Source: Candidatus Binatia bacterium (GTDB lineage: Bacteria > Desulfobacterota > Binatia > UBA9968 > CAXXLF01). From it: a stretch of DNA of 64,000 nt. How positions within the stretch are numbered: position 1 is the first letter of the stretch; each line of letters opens with the position of its first letter. The DNA is taken from the NCBI GenBank assembly GCA_963664015.2, contig CAXXLF010000002.1:832001-896000 (forward strand). The letters run 5' to 3'. Shown here one piece after another: positions 1 through 9,574 of this stretch. The notes beneath the pieces were generated by a model. That model worked only from the letters and a program-made list of their open reading frames with translations, ran no database searches and was not told the origin of the DNA. The position numbers were made by a program, and so were the translations under genes.

Positions 1-2
1 TC

Positions 3-242
3 GAGTAGGGCAAGACTGCAGGAAAAACCTACGAAAATGGCAAGATCCATCTGGTGCATCCAGAGAACTGGAAACGCGGACGAAAGTACAACTCGGAGAG
101 AAAGTGGGTCAATACCGTTTACCATGAATTAGCCCACTACTTTTTTTGGGCTGATGCTGAGACGAAGGCCGACTCCTTTGCCCTGCGCATGGTGAGGGGC
201 TTGAATAATAATCATAAAAATCATAAAAATAACGGCAGATAG
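3..242 (+). CDS. C-terminal part of a small HExxH (zincin-like) hypothetical protein; runs off the window start, in-frame TAG at 6-8 (possibly pseudogene)
   Basis: Frame 3 reads E*GKTAGKTYENGKIHLVHPENW...VYHELAHYFFW..ETKADSFA; HELAH motif with a downstream E. Confidence 0.5.
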
Positions 243-294
243 ATTCTTTCCTTAATGGATTCTCTTCCTTGTGCCCCCCTTGATCTGACCTTCT

Positions 295-3195
295 ATGGAA
301 TATAAAGAAACCCTCAACCTCCCCAAAACGCGCTTCCCCATGCGCGCCAACCTTCCCCAGAATGAGCCCCACCAGGTCGAAAAATGGCTGCGGGACGATG
401 TCTACTCAAAGATGATTCAGGGTCACAAGGGAAGCAAAAAGTATATCCTTCACGACGGCCCTCCTTACGCAAACGGTCATATTCATCTCGGCCATGCCCT
501 TAACAAGATCCTCAAGGACATGATCGTTAAGTACAAGAACATGACCGGGTTTTATTCCCCCTACGTCCCCGGTTGGGACTGTCATGGCCTGCCCATCGAA
601 CTGCAGGTTGAGAAAAACATCGGTCGCGCAAAGAAGCAAGCCATGAGCAAGGCGGAGATTCGAAAGCTCTGCAAAGAATACGCGGAGAAATTCATCTCAA
701 TTCAGCGCGAGGAGTTCAAAAGGCTGGGGATCCTGGGAGACTGGGACCATCCGTACCGGACCATCGACTATCAATACGAAGCAGCAGAGATCAAAGAACT
801 GGGAAAGTTCATCTCGAGCGGCTCCCTCTTCCGGCAAAAAAAACCCGTCTACTGGTGCCCCTCCTGCGTAACGGCCCTGGCCGAGGCCGAGGTAGAGTAT
901 GAAGACCTTGTTTCTTTGTCGATCTACGTCAAGTTTCCCGTAAAGGACTCCAAGGGGAAATTCCCTCTGGATAGTAACAAGCCGGTATTTTTTGTCATCT
1001 GGACCACGACACCCTGGACCTTACCTGCCAACCAGGCCATCGCGGTCCATCCTGAGATGCGCTACGCCATGGTAACGACAGCGGCCGGTAATTTGATAAT
1101 GGCCCAAGAGCTGCTTCCCGCATTAATGAAGGTCTTCGGTTTCGAGGAGTCCGACATCACGATCGCAACCCAGACCTGGACGGGGCAAGACCTGGAAGGC
1201 GTCGGATGCACCCACCCATGGCTAGACCGCGAAGCCCAGGTCATACTGGGCGATTTCGTGACCCAGGATCAGGGAACAGGGTGCGTCCATATTGCAACCG
1301 GCCATGGGCAGGAAGACTACGAAGCCGGGCAGCGATACGGACTCGACGTATACGCTCCCGTCGGCCCCGATGGCCGCTTCACACAGGAGGCGGGAGACCT
1401 TGCCGGAGAGTCGGTTTTCAAAGCGGACCGGCTCATCATCGACAAGCTTCAAGCCAAACAGGCCTTGCTGAAGGAAGAGCCCCTGTCCCACAGCTATCCC
1501 CACTGCTGGCGCTGCAAGAGACCGGTCATCTTCAGAGCCACCGAGCAGTGGTTCATCTCCATGAAAGAAAACAACCTGCGCCGCCTCGCCCTCACAGCGG
1601 TGGACCAGGTTAAATGGATCCCCCCCTGGGGACGCGAGCGCATACGCGGCATGTTGGAGAGCCGGCCCGACTGGTGCATCTCCCGGCAACGTTGCTGGGG
1701 GGTTCCTATCCCGGTCCTGTACTGCGAAAAGTGCCAGAATTCACTCCTCACCCAGGCCCTTTGTGATCACGTGTCCTCGATCTTTGCCCAGGAAGGGTCT
1801 GATGCCTGGTTTCTTCGTACCCCAAATGAGTTGGTTCCTGACCATCTCCAATGCAGCAACTGTGGAGGGAAGGAATTCTATAAGGAAGAGGACATTCTCG
1901 ATGTCTGGTTCGATTCTGGGGTGAGCCATGCGGCGGTGGTAGAACGTTATCCGGAACTCGGAGGCACCGCCGATCTCTACCTGGAAGGTAGCGATCAGCA
2001 CCGGGGGTGGTTCCATACGTCCTTGCTGACATCCGTCGGCACCCGAGGCCACGCTCCCTATAGGAACGTTCTTACCCACGGATTTACACTGGACGGGTCT
2101 GGCCGTAAGATGTCCAAATCCCTAGGCAACGTGATTGCTCCCCAGGACATTATCAAGAGTTCCGGTGCCGAGATTATCAGACTATGGACCGCCGCTGAGG
2201 ATTACCGAGACGACGTTCGAATATCCAAGGAGATTTTGAACCGCCTGGTTGAGGCATACCGCAAGCTGCGAAACACGGCCCGTTTTCTATTGGGGAACCT
2301 ATACGACTTCAAACCCGAATCCGACAGGCTCCCACTCCGGGATCTCGAGGAACTGGACCGCTGGATCCTACACCGCACTTACGGCCTGCTCAACCGGTGC
2401 CGCCAGGCCTACGAGGATTTCGAGTTCCACATCGTTTACCATTCGCTCAACAATTTTTGCAGCGTGGACCTAAGCGCCCGCTACCTGGATATCACGAAAG
2501 ACCGACTCTACTGCAGTGGAGCTACGTCACGGGAGAGGCGTTCGGCCCAGACGGCTGTCTATCAAATCCTCGACGTCCTGGTCCACCTCATGGCTCCCAT
2601 CCTCTCCTTCACCGCGGAGGAGATTTGGGAGCAGATGCCCAAAAAGAGCGATACAGGCGATAGCGTATTCATGAGTCAATTCCCCGCTTTGAATAAGGAC
2701 CAGCTTGACGAGAAACTGGGTAGCAAATGGGATGAGATATTCAACATTCGGGGCGAGATACTCAAGGCCCTCGAAGCCACCCGCAACAACGGTACCATTG
2801 GCCACTCCCTGGATGCCAGGGTCACCCTCTACCCTAGCCTCTACGGGGAAGAGACAGCCCGGTATATCAAAGATAAAGGGATTCCATGGGATGACGTGGC
2901 CATTGTCTCTCAAGTCGAGATTGGCAAAGCGGAAAAGTCATGGTCGACGGAAGACGCCCCAAAGGTCGAACAAGGTAGTTCGGAGCCTGTGGGCCCGCCA
3001 GACGACACGGGAGTCCACAACACCGCCGTTCGATATTATAGCCCGGTCCTGGGCGGGCGCATTGAGGTCTCCAAGGCCCAAGGGCCAAAATGCGAGCGAT
3101 GCTGGAAATATACGAAAGAGGTCGGTAAAGACTCCCGTCACCCGGCAACCTGTGCCCGTTGTTCGGAGGTCCTACGGTCGGGAATATCCACTTGA
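295..3195 (+). CDS. ileS: Isoleucine--tRNA ligase
   Basis: HDGPPYANGHIHLGH (HIGH), GWDCHGLPIE, WCISRQR, KMSKS, C-terminal CERC...CARC zinc finger; followed by lspA. Confidence 0.98.
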   Translation: MEYKETLNLPKTRFPMRANLPQNEPHQVEKWLRDDVYSKMIQGHKGSKKYILHDGPPYANGHIHLGHALNKILKDMIVKYKNMTGFYSPYVPGWDCHGLPIELQVEKNIGRAKKQAMSKAEIRKLCKEYAEKFISIQREEFKRLGILGDWDHPYRTIDYQYEAAEIKELGKFISSGSLFRQKKPVYWCPSCVTALAEAEVEYEDLVSLSIYVKFPVKDSKGKFPLDSNKPVFFVIWTTTPWTLPANQAIAVHPEMRYAMVTTAAGNLIMAQELLPALMKVFGFEESDITIATQTWTGQDLEGVGCTHPWLDREAQVILGDFVTQDQGTGCVHIATGHGQEDYEAGQRYGLDVYAPVGPDGRFTQEAGDLAGESVFKADRLIIDKLQAKQALLKEEPLSHSYPHCWRCKRPVIFRATEQWFISMKENNLRRLALTAVDQVKWIPPWGRERIRGMLESRPDWCISRQRCWGVPIPVLYCEKCQNSLLTQALCDHVSSIFAQEGSDAWFLRTPNELVPDHLQCSNCGGKEFYKEEDILDVWFDSGVSHAAVVERYPELGGTADLYLEGSDQHRGWFHTSLLTSVGTRGHAPYRNVLTHGFTLDGSGRKMSKSLGNVIAPQDIIKSSGAEIIRLWTAAEDYRDDVRISKEILNRLVEAYRKLRNTARFLLGNLYDFKPESDRLPLRDLEELDRWILHRTYGLLNRCRQAYEDFEFHIVYHSLNNFCSVDLSARYLDITKDRLYCSGATSRERRSAQTAVYQILDVLVHLMAPILSFTAEEIWEQMPKKSDTGDSVFMSQFPALNKDQLDEKLGSKWDEIFNIRGEILKALEATRNNGTIGHSLDARVTLYPSLYGEETARYIKDKGIPWDDVAIVSQVEIGKAEKSWSTEDAPKVEQGSSEPVGPPDDTGVHNTAVRYYSPVLGGRIEVSKAQGPKCERCWKYTKEVGKDSRHPATCARCSEVLRSGIST

Positions 3196-3692
3196 CCCCT
3201 AAAAGTAAGTTCGTCGGGTTTCTGGTACTCGGGATCGTTCTCCTGGATCAATGCGCAAAGTATGTGGTCGCGTCGGCCATCCCGCTAAACACCTCCATCC
3301 CTGTCATCGAGAATCTCTTCAACCTGGTCCACATCCGTAATCCGGGAGCTGCCTTTGGGTTCCTTGCAGGTAGTCGAGGCTTTATACGCTTGACGTTTCT
3401 CGTCTTGTTTTCCCTTGCCGCTATGGCTTTTATTGTCACCCTGATCAGACGGTTGGCCGAAAAGGAAACGTCCTTGATCCTGTCTCTTGCCTTTATCCTC
3501 GGCGGGGCCTTGGGCAACCTGATCGACCGGGTCATCTATGGTGAGGTTGTTGACTTCCTGGACTTCTACTGGTCCGGTTACCATTGGCCTGCCTTCAACG
3601 TGGCGGACAGCTTTATCACCGTTGGGGTGTTGTTGACCCTGGCACGCTTGATGGGAACAAAAGGGAACGACCCCTTTGCCCAGCCTAATTGA
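3192..3692 (+). CDS. lspA: Lipoprotein signal peptidase II
   Basis: DQxxK, NPGAAFG, GGALGNLIDR, VVDF, WPAFNVADS; TTG start overlaps the ileS stop (TTGA). Confidence 0.96.
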   Translation: MTPKSKFVGFLVLGIVLLDQCAKYVVASAIPLNTSIPVIENLFNLVHIRNPGAAFGFLAGSRGFIRLTFLVLFSLAAMAFIVTLIRRLAEKETSLILSLAFILGGALGNLIDRVIYGEVVDFLDFYWSGYHWPAFNVADSFITVGVLLTLARLMGTKGNDPFAQPN

Positions 3693-3772
3693 CCATCGCG
3701 CATTTTTACACCGCTAACGACAATACGGCAGGAGGAGTCATTACCTTATCATCCATTATGGCAGGTCCACCG

Positions 3773-4534
3773 ATGAGGTTACAAAACAAAATATGTATGA
3801 TTACGGGTGCCGGCCACGGGATCGGGAAAGCCTACGCCCGGAGATTTGCCCAAGAAGGCGCGCAGGTGGTCATCGCTGAAATCGATCATCCGGCAGGAGA
3901 ATCGGCAGCCGCTGCACTGGGTGAGATAGGGATTGCTGGCTGGGCACGGGCCACAGACGTCACAAACTATCAGAGCGTGGAAGGCCTAGTGGGGGAGACC
4001 CTGGACCGGTTCGGCAAGATCGATGTGCTGGTCAACAATGCGGCCATCTACGTAACTGAGCGACTCTGGAAGGGCCCGGTCGAAGAACTTGCGATTGAGG
4101 AATGGGATAGAGTCCTGGAGGTCAATCTCAAGGGGGTTTTTCTGTGCTGTCGCGCGGTCATCCCGGTCATGAAACGGCAGAAGAGCGGCAAGATTATTAA
4201 CATCGCCTCAGGCACCTTCTTCGGCGGCTCTGGGAATATGCCCCACTACACGGCGTCCAAGGGCGGAGTCGTCGCGCTAACACGGGTAATGGCGCGACCA
4301 CTAGGCCCATGGGGTATCAATGTAAACAGCATGACCCCGGGATCGACAATGAGCGAAGAGACAGTCACGGATGCCGTACGCCAGCAACGCGAGTCGAGCG
4401 CCCGTGACCGGGCCTTTAGCCGCGTCGAACTTCCCGAGGACATCACCGGCACCGCGCTTTTCCTCGCAAGTTCGGATAGCGACTTCATGACCGGGCAGCT
4501 GATCGTGGTAGACGGCGGCAGTAACATGCATTAA
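3773..4534 (+). CDS. SDR family NAD(P)-dependent oxidoreductase
   Basis: TGAGHGIG, NNAAI, YTASK (YxxxK), VNSMTPG, GQLIVVDGG. Confidence 0.93.
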   Translation: MRLQNKICMITGAGHGIGKAYARRFAQEGAQVVIAEIDHPAGESAAAALGEIGIAGWARATDVTNYQSVEGLVGETLDRFGKIDVLVNNAAIYVTERLWKGPVEELAIEEWDRVLEVNLKGVFLCCRAVIPVMKRQKSGKIINIASGTFFGGSGNMPHYTASKGGVVALTRVMARPLGPWGINVNSMTPGSTMSEETVTDAVRQQRESSARDRAFSRVELPEDITGTALFLASSDSDFMTGQLIVVDGGSNMH

Positions 4535-4629
4535 CCTACGCTCCACCACCCGCAGTAGAACAGGCCAAATCACAGGACCCGTCCACCTCAAGGCGCAGGC
4601 CTAAACTGAATGAGATTATGCCACCCTCC

Positions 4630-4661
4630 TGTTTGACAAACATGCCTAACAGGCGGAAAAT
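4630..4661 (+). promoter_or_regulatory. Putative sigma70 promoter with overlapping palindrome
   Basis: TTGACA (4633-4638)-N17-GAAAAT; TGTTTG-A-CAAACA palindrome at 4630-4642. Confidence 0.3.
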
Positions 4662-4801
4662 TTTACGAAATGCGCATTATTAACAACACCCCCAGGCCAA
4701 TAGAATGAAAATACCAGCAGCTTTTGCCGTATCAGACCGTTCTGCTCACTTAACCTGATAGATTTAGGCATTATTGCGTATGGATGTGAACTGGAAGTGG
4801 A

Positions 4802-5002
4802 GTGCTCAGGGACAAACCGGCCGGCCTAGTCGGAATCGTGATGGTGTCTATGGGAGGGTTGCTGGTTTTGGATCGGCACAACACCGTAGGGGTTATTGGG
4901 TCTGATCCCTTGGGACATGCTGGGACTGCAATGGTGGCGTTAGGAGTACTGTTTCTACTTGTAGCTATACGTGGACGGATTATTAGACCTAGATTTGGAT
5001 GA
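4802..5002 (+). CDS. Small two-helix membrane protein, hypothetical
   Basis: 66 aa with two hydrophobic segments and a basic C-terminus; no family recognised. Confidence 0.35.
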   Translation: MLRDKPAGLVGIVMVSMGGLLVLDRHNTVGVIGSDPLGHAGTAMVALGVLFLLVAIRGRIIRPRFG

Positions 5003-5030
5003 AACCATGACCGGCCGGGAGGGATAGGTG

Positions 5031-5507
5031 TTAGAACATTCCGGGGAGCCAACGCTTTACCCGGGCCCGATACTCGGCATAGGGCTGTCCAAAGAGATCA
5101 ACCAACCGCTTCTCGTCATCCAGAACTTTAGAATGGGTCATGGCCGCGACAACAATTGTTAGAACCCCTACCGCAAGCGAAGTGAACGTCAGAGCAAGAC
5201 CCGTGAGAAAAACAATCTGTCCAAGGTAAATGGGATTGCGTGTCCAGGCGTAAAACCCGCTGGTCACGAGACGGTCGGGCGGGCTTTCGGACCCGGACCG
5301 TCCTCCACCCTGCTTCCTTCGGTAGTTACTGCACAAACGATACTGCAAATAGCCCCACAGCATTATGGGGAGAAGTAGCGGTTGGATATCCAGCCGGTCC
5401 TTGTTTAGAGCAAACTCCCAGAGGATCACCAGTACGGGGTAAACGAGAAAGGTCCGAGATGGGGAGGAGCGGACCAACTTGAGGGTTCGATCTTTGAACG
5501 ACGCCAT
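5031..5507 (-). CDS. Isoprenylcysteine/phospholipid methyltransferase (ICMT/PEMT) family membrane protein, paralog 1
   Basis: LVTSGFYAWTRNPIYLG and DEKRL..LFG..Y.EYRARVKRW motifs. Confidence 0.85.
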   Translation of the reverse strand: MASFKDRTLKLVRSSPSRTFLVYPVLVILWEFALNKDRLDIQPLLLPIMLWGYLQYRLCSNYRRKQGGGRSGSESPPDRLVTSGFYAWTRNPIYLGQIVFLTGLALTFTSLAVGVLTIVVAAMTHSKVLDDEKRLVDLFGQPYAEYRARVKRWLPGMF

Positions 5508-5628
5508 CAATCAACAAGAATAACAAAAGGCTCAGGAGTAGTTTAGCGTATCTGACCGTTGACGCAACCGCCGAGCCGCGCCGGCAATGCACGAACCATA
5601 GTCTGCACACCAAAGCGCCTTTGAATGC

Positions 5629-5727
5629 GCGGGGCAACATAGCATTCGTGTCAATGATCAGTTCCGAGTGGGTTTTCGTTGGACGGACACCGGCGCCGAA
5701 GATGTCGAGATCGTGGATGATCACTAA
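5629..5727 (+). pseudogene. higB: 3' remnant of a HigB (RelE/ParE family) toxin
   Basis: AGQHSIRVNDQFRVGFRWTDTGAEDVEIVDDH* directly upstream of higA; in-frame TAG at 5599 and no N-terminal two-thirds. Confidence 0.8.
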
Positions 5728-5739
5728 CGGAGGATGAAA

Positions 5740-6054
5740 ATGCGTAAGCTCAAACCTGTAACACCCGGCGAACTCTTGCTGGAAGAATTTCTGAAACCGA
5801 TGGGGATCAGCCAGTACCGACTAGCAAAGGAGATCGGCGTGCCGGCACAGCGTATCGGCAAAATCATAGCTGGCAAACGCTCTATTACTGCTGACACGGA
5901 CTTACGTCTATGCCGGTTTTTCGGTCTCTCCAACAACTACTGGCTGCGTGCCCAGGCATCCCATGACACGGAAGTCGCGGAACGCGCTTTAGGTGCCACG
6001 CTGACAAGAATCAAACCTTGGCCACACACCGATTCTAAGGAATCTGGGTCTTGA
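5740..6054 (+). CDS. higA: HigA family addiction-module antitoxin (HTH-XRE)
   Basis: PVTPGELLLEEFLKPMGISQYRLAKEIGVP..RI..I..GKRSITADTDLRL..FFG...YWL..Q; GGAGG SD at 5729-5733. Confidence 0.92.
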   Translation: MRKLKPVTPGELLLEEFLKPMGISQYRLAKEIGVPAQRIGKIIAGKRSITADTDLRLCRFFGLSNNYWLRAQASHDTEVAERALGATLTRIKPWPHTDSKESGS

Positions 6055-6241
6055 CCCACGCAGGAACACGGACCTTTTGCAAGCCGACCTTGCCCACCCG
6101 CTCTGGGCCGATTTCGCGTCCCCTTTGAGTCTAGATCCGAATTAAATTCTCTTTTAAACAAATCCTTATTTTAACGGCCTGTTCAGTCGGGCAAACATTC
6201 TATTTTTCTAGCTCTTCGTTGCAGCGTAGGCTAGACATTTC

Positions 6242-6718
6242 TCAAAACAGCCCTGGCAGCCATCGCTTCACTCGGTCCTTATACTCAAGATATTCCGGGC
6301 CCAAGAGTTTGGCCAGACGTTTCTCGTCATCAACGACCCGGCGATGAAACCAGACCGCCGTCGCAATGGTGATAAGACCGGCGAGGAGCGACTTGAAGGT
6401 CAGGCTCAACCCGATGAGAAAGATGACGTGTCCCAGGTACATGGGATTACGCGTCCAGGCGTAGAGACCAGTAGCCACTAGATGCTCGGGTGGCCGGCCT
6501 ACCCCGGGCCCTCCCCCGCCACGACGCATCCTGTAAACCCCGCACAAGCGGTACTGCAAGTAACCCCAGACCATGAAGAGAAGAAAGGGCGGCTGGACAT
6601 GAAACCTTCCCTGGGTTAAAAGTAACTCCCAGGTTAGAACCAGAACCGGGTAAAGGATAAAGCTCCGGCCAGGGGTCTGCCGTACCAGTTGAACTGTGCG
6701 ATTCTTGATCGATGCCAT
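6242..6718 (-). CDS. ICMT/PEMT family membrane methyltransferase, paralog 2
   Basis: LVATGLYAWTRNPMYLG, DEKRL..LLG.EYLEYKDRVKRW; collinear with 5031-5507. Confidence 0.87.
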   Translation of the reverse strand: MASIKNRTVQLVRQTPGRSFILYPVLVLTWELLLTQGRFHVQPPFLLFMVWGYLQYRLCGVYRMRRGGGGPGVGRPPEHLVATGLYAWTRNPMYLGHVIFLIGLSLTFKSLLAGLITIATAVWFHRRVVDDEKRLAKLLGPEYLEYKDRVKRWLPGLF

Positions 6719-6797
6719 CAGAGCGTGCGGATAAGTCCTCACAGAAACCTTAACCTTCGCGATAAAGCCAGGTCAAGTCATCGGTAAAGGTTCTTAA

Positions 6798-7220
6798 ATG
6801 AAAATGTTTTTTATGAAGAGATCTGTCTCGGTATTGGTATTGCTTTTTTCGATCTCGGCGTTGGCCGTCGGTGGCTGTAGCCGCGGCCTGACAACAGCAC
6901 GGGGAGTTGTAAAGGAATTCCTCGATCATCACTATGTTCACATCGACCTGGAAAAGGCACAGCAATACTGCGTCGGGCTAGCCCTCCACAAGGTCAAGGA
7001 GGAGATTCGCTTGACCCACGGATACGCCATCGACGCCTCGACACGGAAGCCCAAGATCTACTATCAGCTCTTGGAGGAGAAGGTGACAACCGCGCGCGCA
7101 TCATTTCTCTACCAAGCAACCATACAAGCGGAAGACGCCCCCGAATTCACGCGCCGCTGGCTGATTGGAGCGAGGAAAGAGAATGAGCAGTGGCGCATCT
7201 CCAACTTCAAAGAATACTAA
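6798..7220 (+). CDS. Hypothetical lipoprotein
   Basis: Basic N-terminus, hydrophobic stretch, lipobox-like AVGGC; ends WRISNFKEY. Confidence 0.65.
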   Translation: MKMFFMKRSVSVLVLLFSISALAVGGCSRGLTTARGVVKEFLDHHYVHIDLEKAQQYCVGLALHKVKEEIRLTHGYAIDASTRKPKIYYQLLEEKVTTARASFLYQATIQAEDAPEFTRRWLIGARKENEQWRISNFKEY

Positions 7221-7239
7221 CCAAACAGCATCAAAAGCT

Positions 7240-7538
7240 ATTAACCGCAGATTTACGTAGATGGACGTCAAAGGCAAGGCGCAAAGGGCAGAGCGTAAAG
7301 CGTAAGAAGAAAGCAAGCAGAACGCAGCAGCCATTTGGCAGCATGCAGGAAAGACAGTGTTAAGTGGAAAAGCTGTCAGCGATCAGTCTTAAGCTCTGAA
7401 ATCTCTTGCTGCCAGCTGCTTACTGTTTTTCTAAATTCTGTAGTCCGTAGTCCCGTAGTCGGTAGTCAGTGGTCCCGAATCCGCAAGACCGCTACGCCCT
7501 TTGCGCCATGCGCTTAGCGATTTAGCCTCTGCGGTAAT
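7240..7538. repeat. Nested inverted-repeat element with short tandem units
   Basis: ACCGCAGA/TCTGCGGT at the ends; GGCGCAAAGGGC (7278-7289)/GCCCTTTGCGCC (7496-7507); TGGCAGCA (7336)/TGCTGCCA (7407); GTAGTC-like units at 7440-7470. Confidence 0.75.
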
Positions 7539-7610
7539 ACTCTTAAATCGATTTCTTTATGAGTCCATCGGCGGAAGTATGCTGTTAAGTTATTAGAGAA
7601 AACTGGAATG

Positions 7611-7646
7611 CAAAAAGGGACGGTCCCTAATGGCCGTCCCTTTTTG
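7611..7646. terminator. Bidirectional rho-independent terminator after the UbiD gene
   Basis: CAAAAAGGGACGG...CCGTCCCTTTTTG perfect 13-bp inverted repeat with A/T tails. Confidence 0.85.
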
Positions 7647-7664
7647 AAGTTTGGAATTACTCGG

Positions 7665-9239
7665 TCATCGTCCGGTACGGGCCAGGGAGAGGACCCAACC
7701 CTTCATGCGCGACTTGGCATTCTGAATATCTTTATCGGAGAAAAACTTTGTCGCATCGACTTTATCGACCGCATAGACAGGGCGGAGGAAGTCGCTTTCG
7801 TAACCGAAGGGCACCGTCGCATCGATTCCCATGCCACCTTCGAAACGGGTGTTGGATGCCGTCCATTCTTTCCCACCTGCCGTCATACGCTCTGCGGGCA
7901 TAAAGGTCTGGCCCCGGCCGCCGGGAATGGGATTGAGAATATCCGTATGGGGATTGACACGGGTAGTGAGACACCACATGACGTCGTCCATATCGTAAAG
8001 ATCGCAGTCCTCACTGACCGCGATGGCGATTCGTGAGCCCTGGGAAGTCGACAGGATGGCCGATAAGAAGTTCCGTTGCCATCCCTCCTCGATCTGGTTT
8101 CGCTTTTTCACTTGAATGATCGCACCGCCCCAGTCGGTCATGCAATAAGGGATATTGACGTCCTGGACAATGCCCGGCTGCATGCGCTCCAATAGCTCAT
8201 ACATGGCCCCTTCGCGAACCGTAGTGTCGATATTGTGGTCGTCCAAGGTGTGCACGCCCAGGGCAAAAATGATGGGTTTGGATTCGGGTTTACGCATAGT
8301 AACGGCAGTGACGTGGAAGGTCGGAGCCTTGTACGCTTTACCCATGTAACCTGCCCACTCGGGGTGGAAGTGGTACCGGCCCTGAACATCTGCTTTCTCC
8401 GACTCGGCGGTTTCATAACGCCGATCACGGGGATTGACGTATCCCTCAAGCACCACCTCACAGTCAGCCAAGGCCAATGCATCCACCGTGCGGGCCTTGA
8501 CCACACGCACAGGAGAGCCCTGCGCGGCCCCGGCGACGGCAAGCTCATCGCAACCCTGGGGCAACACCACATAGTCGAACCCTGCCCCCGCAAGAAGGGT
8601 ACAGGAGGGGGGCACGCCGAAACACATGGTGATAGGCACAGGCTTGTCGTCCTTGTAGTATTTGGAGACGACCTGCCACATATGGGAGCCGGGAGAAATC
8701 TGGAACGTCCCAACGTTACCCCAACGAAAATTCATGCGGTTGTAGCCCAAGTCCGTACCACCGCCGAAATACTCACCGGAGATAAGCCGGTTGCCGGAAC
8801 CAACGGTCAGTTCGGGTTCGTACTCGGTATGGCGAATGGGTACCATGTAGTCGTTGACTTCCTTCGGCTTCTCAATGACGTGCTCCTGGGAGGGAGCGTC
8901 CTTTTGGTCGACCAACACGGGGGGAATCCCATGGTTAATTGCGTCTGCAAGTCTCTTGGTACGCTCCGTGTCATCCTTCCAGCCAAAAAGCTTATTGATA
9001 ACATTCATATCGCCAAACAGGTTGGTAACCACCCGATGGTTGGGTTTACCCTTGACGTTGTTAAACAGAATGGGACAGCCACCGTCCATTTGCTTCTGTA
9101 GAGCGACGATCTGCAGACTCGGATCTACTTCCGTGTCGGTCTCAATCAAATCACCCTCGGACCTAAGCCAATCCAACATCCCGCGCAGATCGGTGATCGG
9201 TTTGGCGCCTGTATGAACCTCTTTCCTTGCCTTACTCAT
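7665..9239 (-). CDS. UbiD-family prFMN decarboxylase, (iso)phthaloyl-CoA decarboxylase-like
   Basis: YNRMNFRWGNVGTFQISPGSHMWQ, FHPEWAGYMGKAYKAPTFHVT, IPYCMTDWGG, ends GWVLSLARTGR; these match my recollection of phthaloyl-CoA decarboxylases; start moved to MSKARK. Confidence 0.85.
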   Translation of the reverse strand: MSKARKEVHTGAKPITDLRGMLDWLRSEGDLIETDTEVDPSLQIVALQKQMDGGCPILFNNVKGKPNHRVVTNLFGDMNVINKLFGWKDDTERTKRLADAINHGIPPVLVDQKDAPSQEHVIEKPKEVNDYMVPIRHTEYEPELTVGSGNRLISGEYFGGGTDLGYNRMNFRWGNVGTFQISPGSHMWQVVSKYYKDDKPVPITMCFGVPPSCTLLAGAGFDYVVLPQGCDELAVAGAAQGSPVRVVKARTVDALALADCEVVLEGYVNPRDRRYETAESEKADVQGRYHFHPEWAGYMGKAYKAPTFHVTAVTMRKPESKPIIFALGVHTLDDHNIDTTVREGAMYELLERMQPGIVQDVNIPYCMTDWGGAIIQVKKRNQIEEGWQRNFLSAILSTSQGSRIAIAVSEDCDLYDMDDVMWCLTTRVNPHTDILNPIPGGRGQTFMPAERMTAGGKEWTASNTRFEGGMGIDATVPFGYESDFLRPVYAVDKVDATKFFSDKDIQNAKSRMKGWVLSLARTGR

Positions 9240-9425
9240 AACAATCCCCCAACAATAATGATTTCTTAAAATAAGATTGTACAACAACTAAACCAGATTC
9301 AATGGGATTTCAACCGGTTGATGCCGGGATAGACCTGCGGCAAAACACTTTTTAGGGCTTGTGAGCGTACCCGGGATTTCGATTGCTACCCTTCCACACA
9401 GTCTCCTCTGATTGCCCCCCTTTGC

Positions 9426-9454
9426 TTGACATTTTACCCGGTGCTTGCTACGTA
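9426..9454 (+). promoter_or_regulatory. Putative sigma70 promoter of the CoA-transferase pair
   Basis: TTGACA-N17-TACGTA with TG extended -10. Confidence 0.35.
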
Positions 9455-9574
9455 GGGAGCAGCTCTAAGGTTCCTTTTTTTAAGCAATTTTTGTTATCCT
9501 GACCTTTCTACCCGAGGCTCGATCTAAATTTATGGGCAGGGCGTCTACTCCCTGCCTTTTTTCTATAAACGCAA

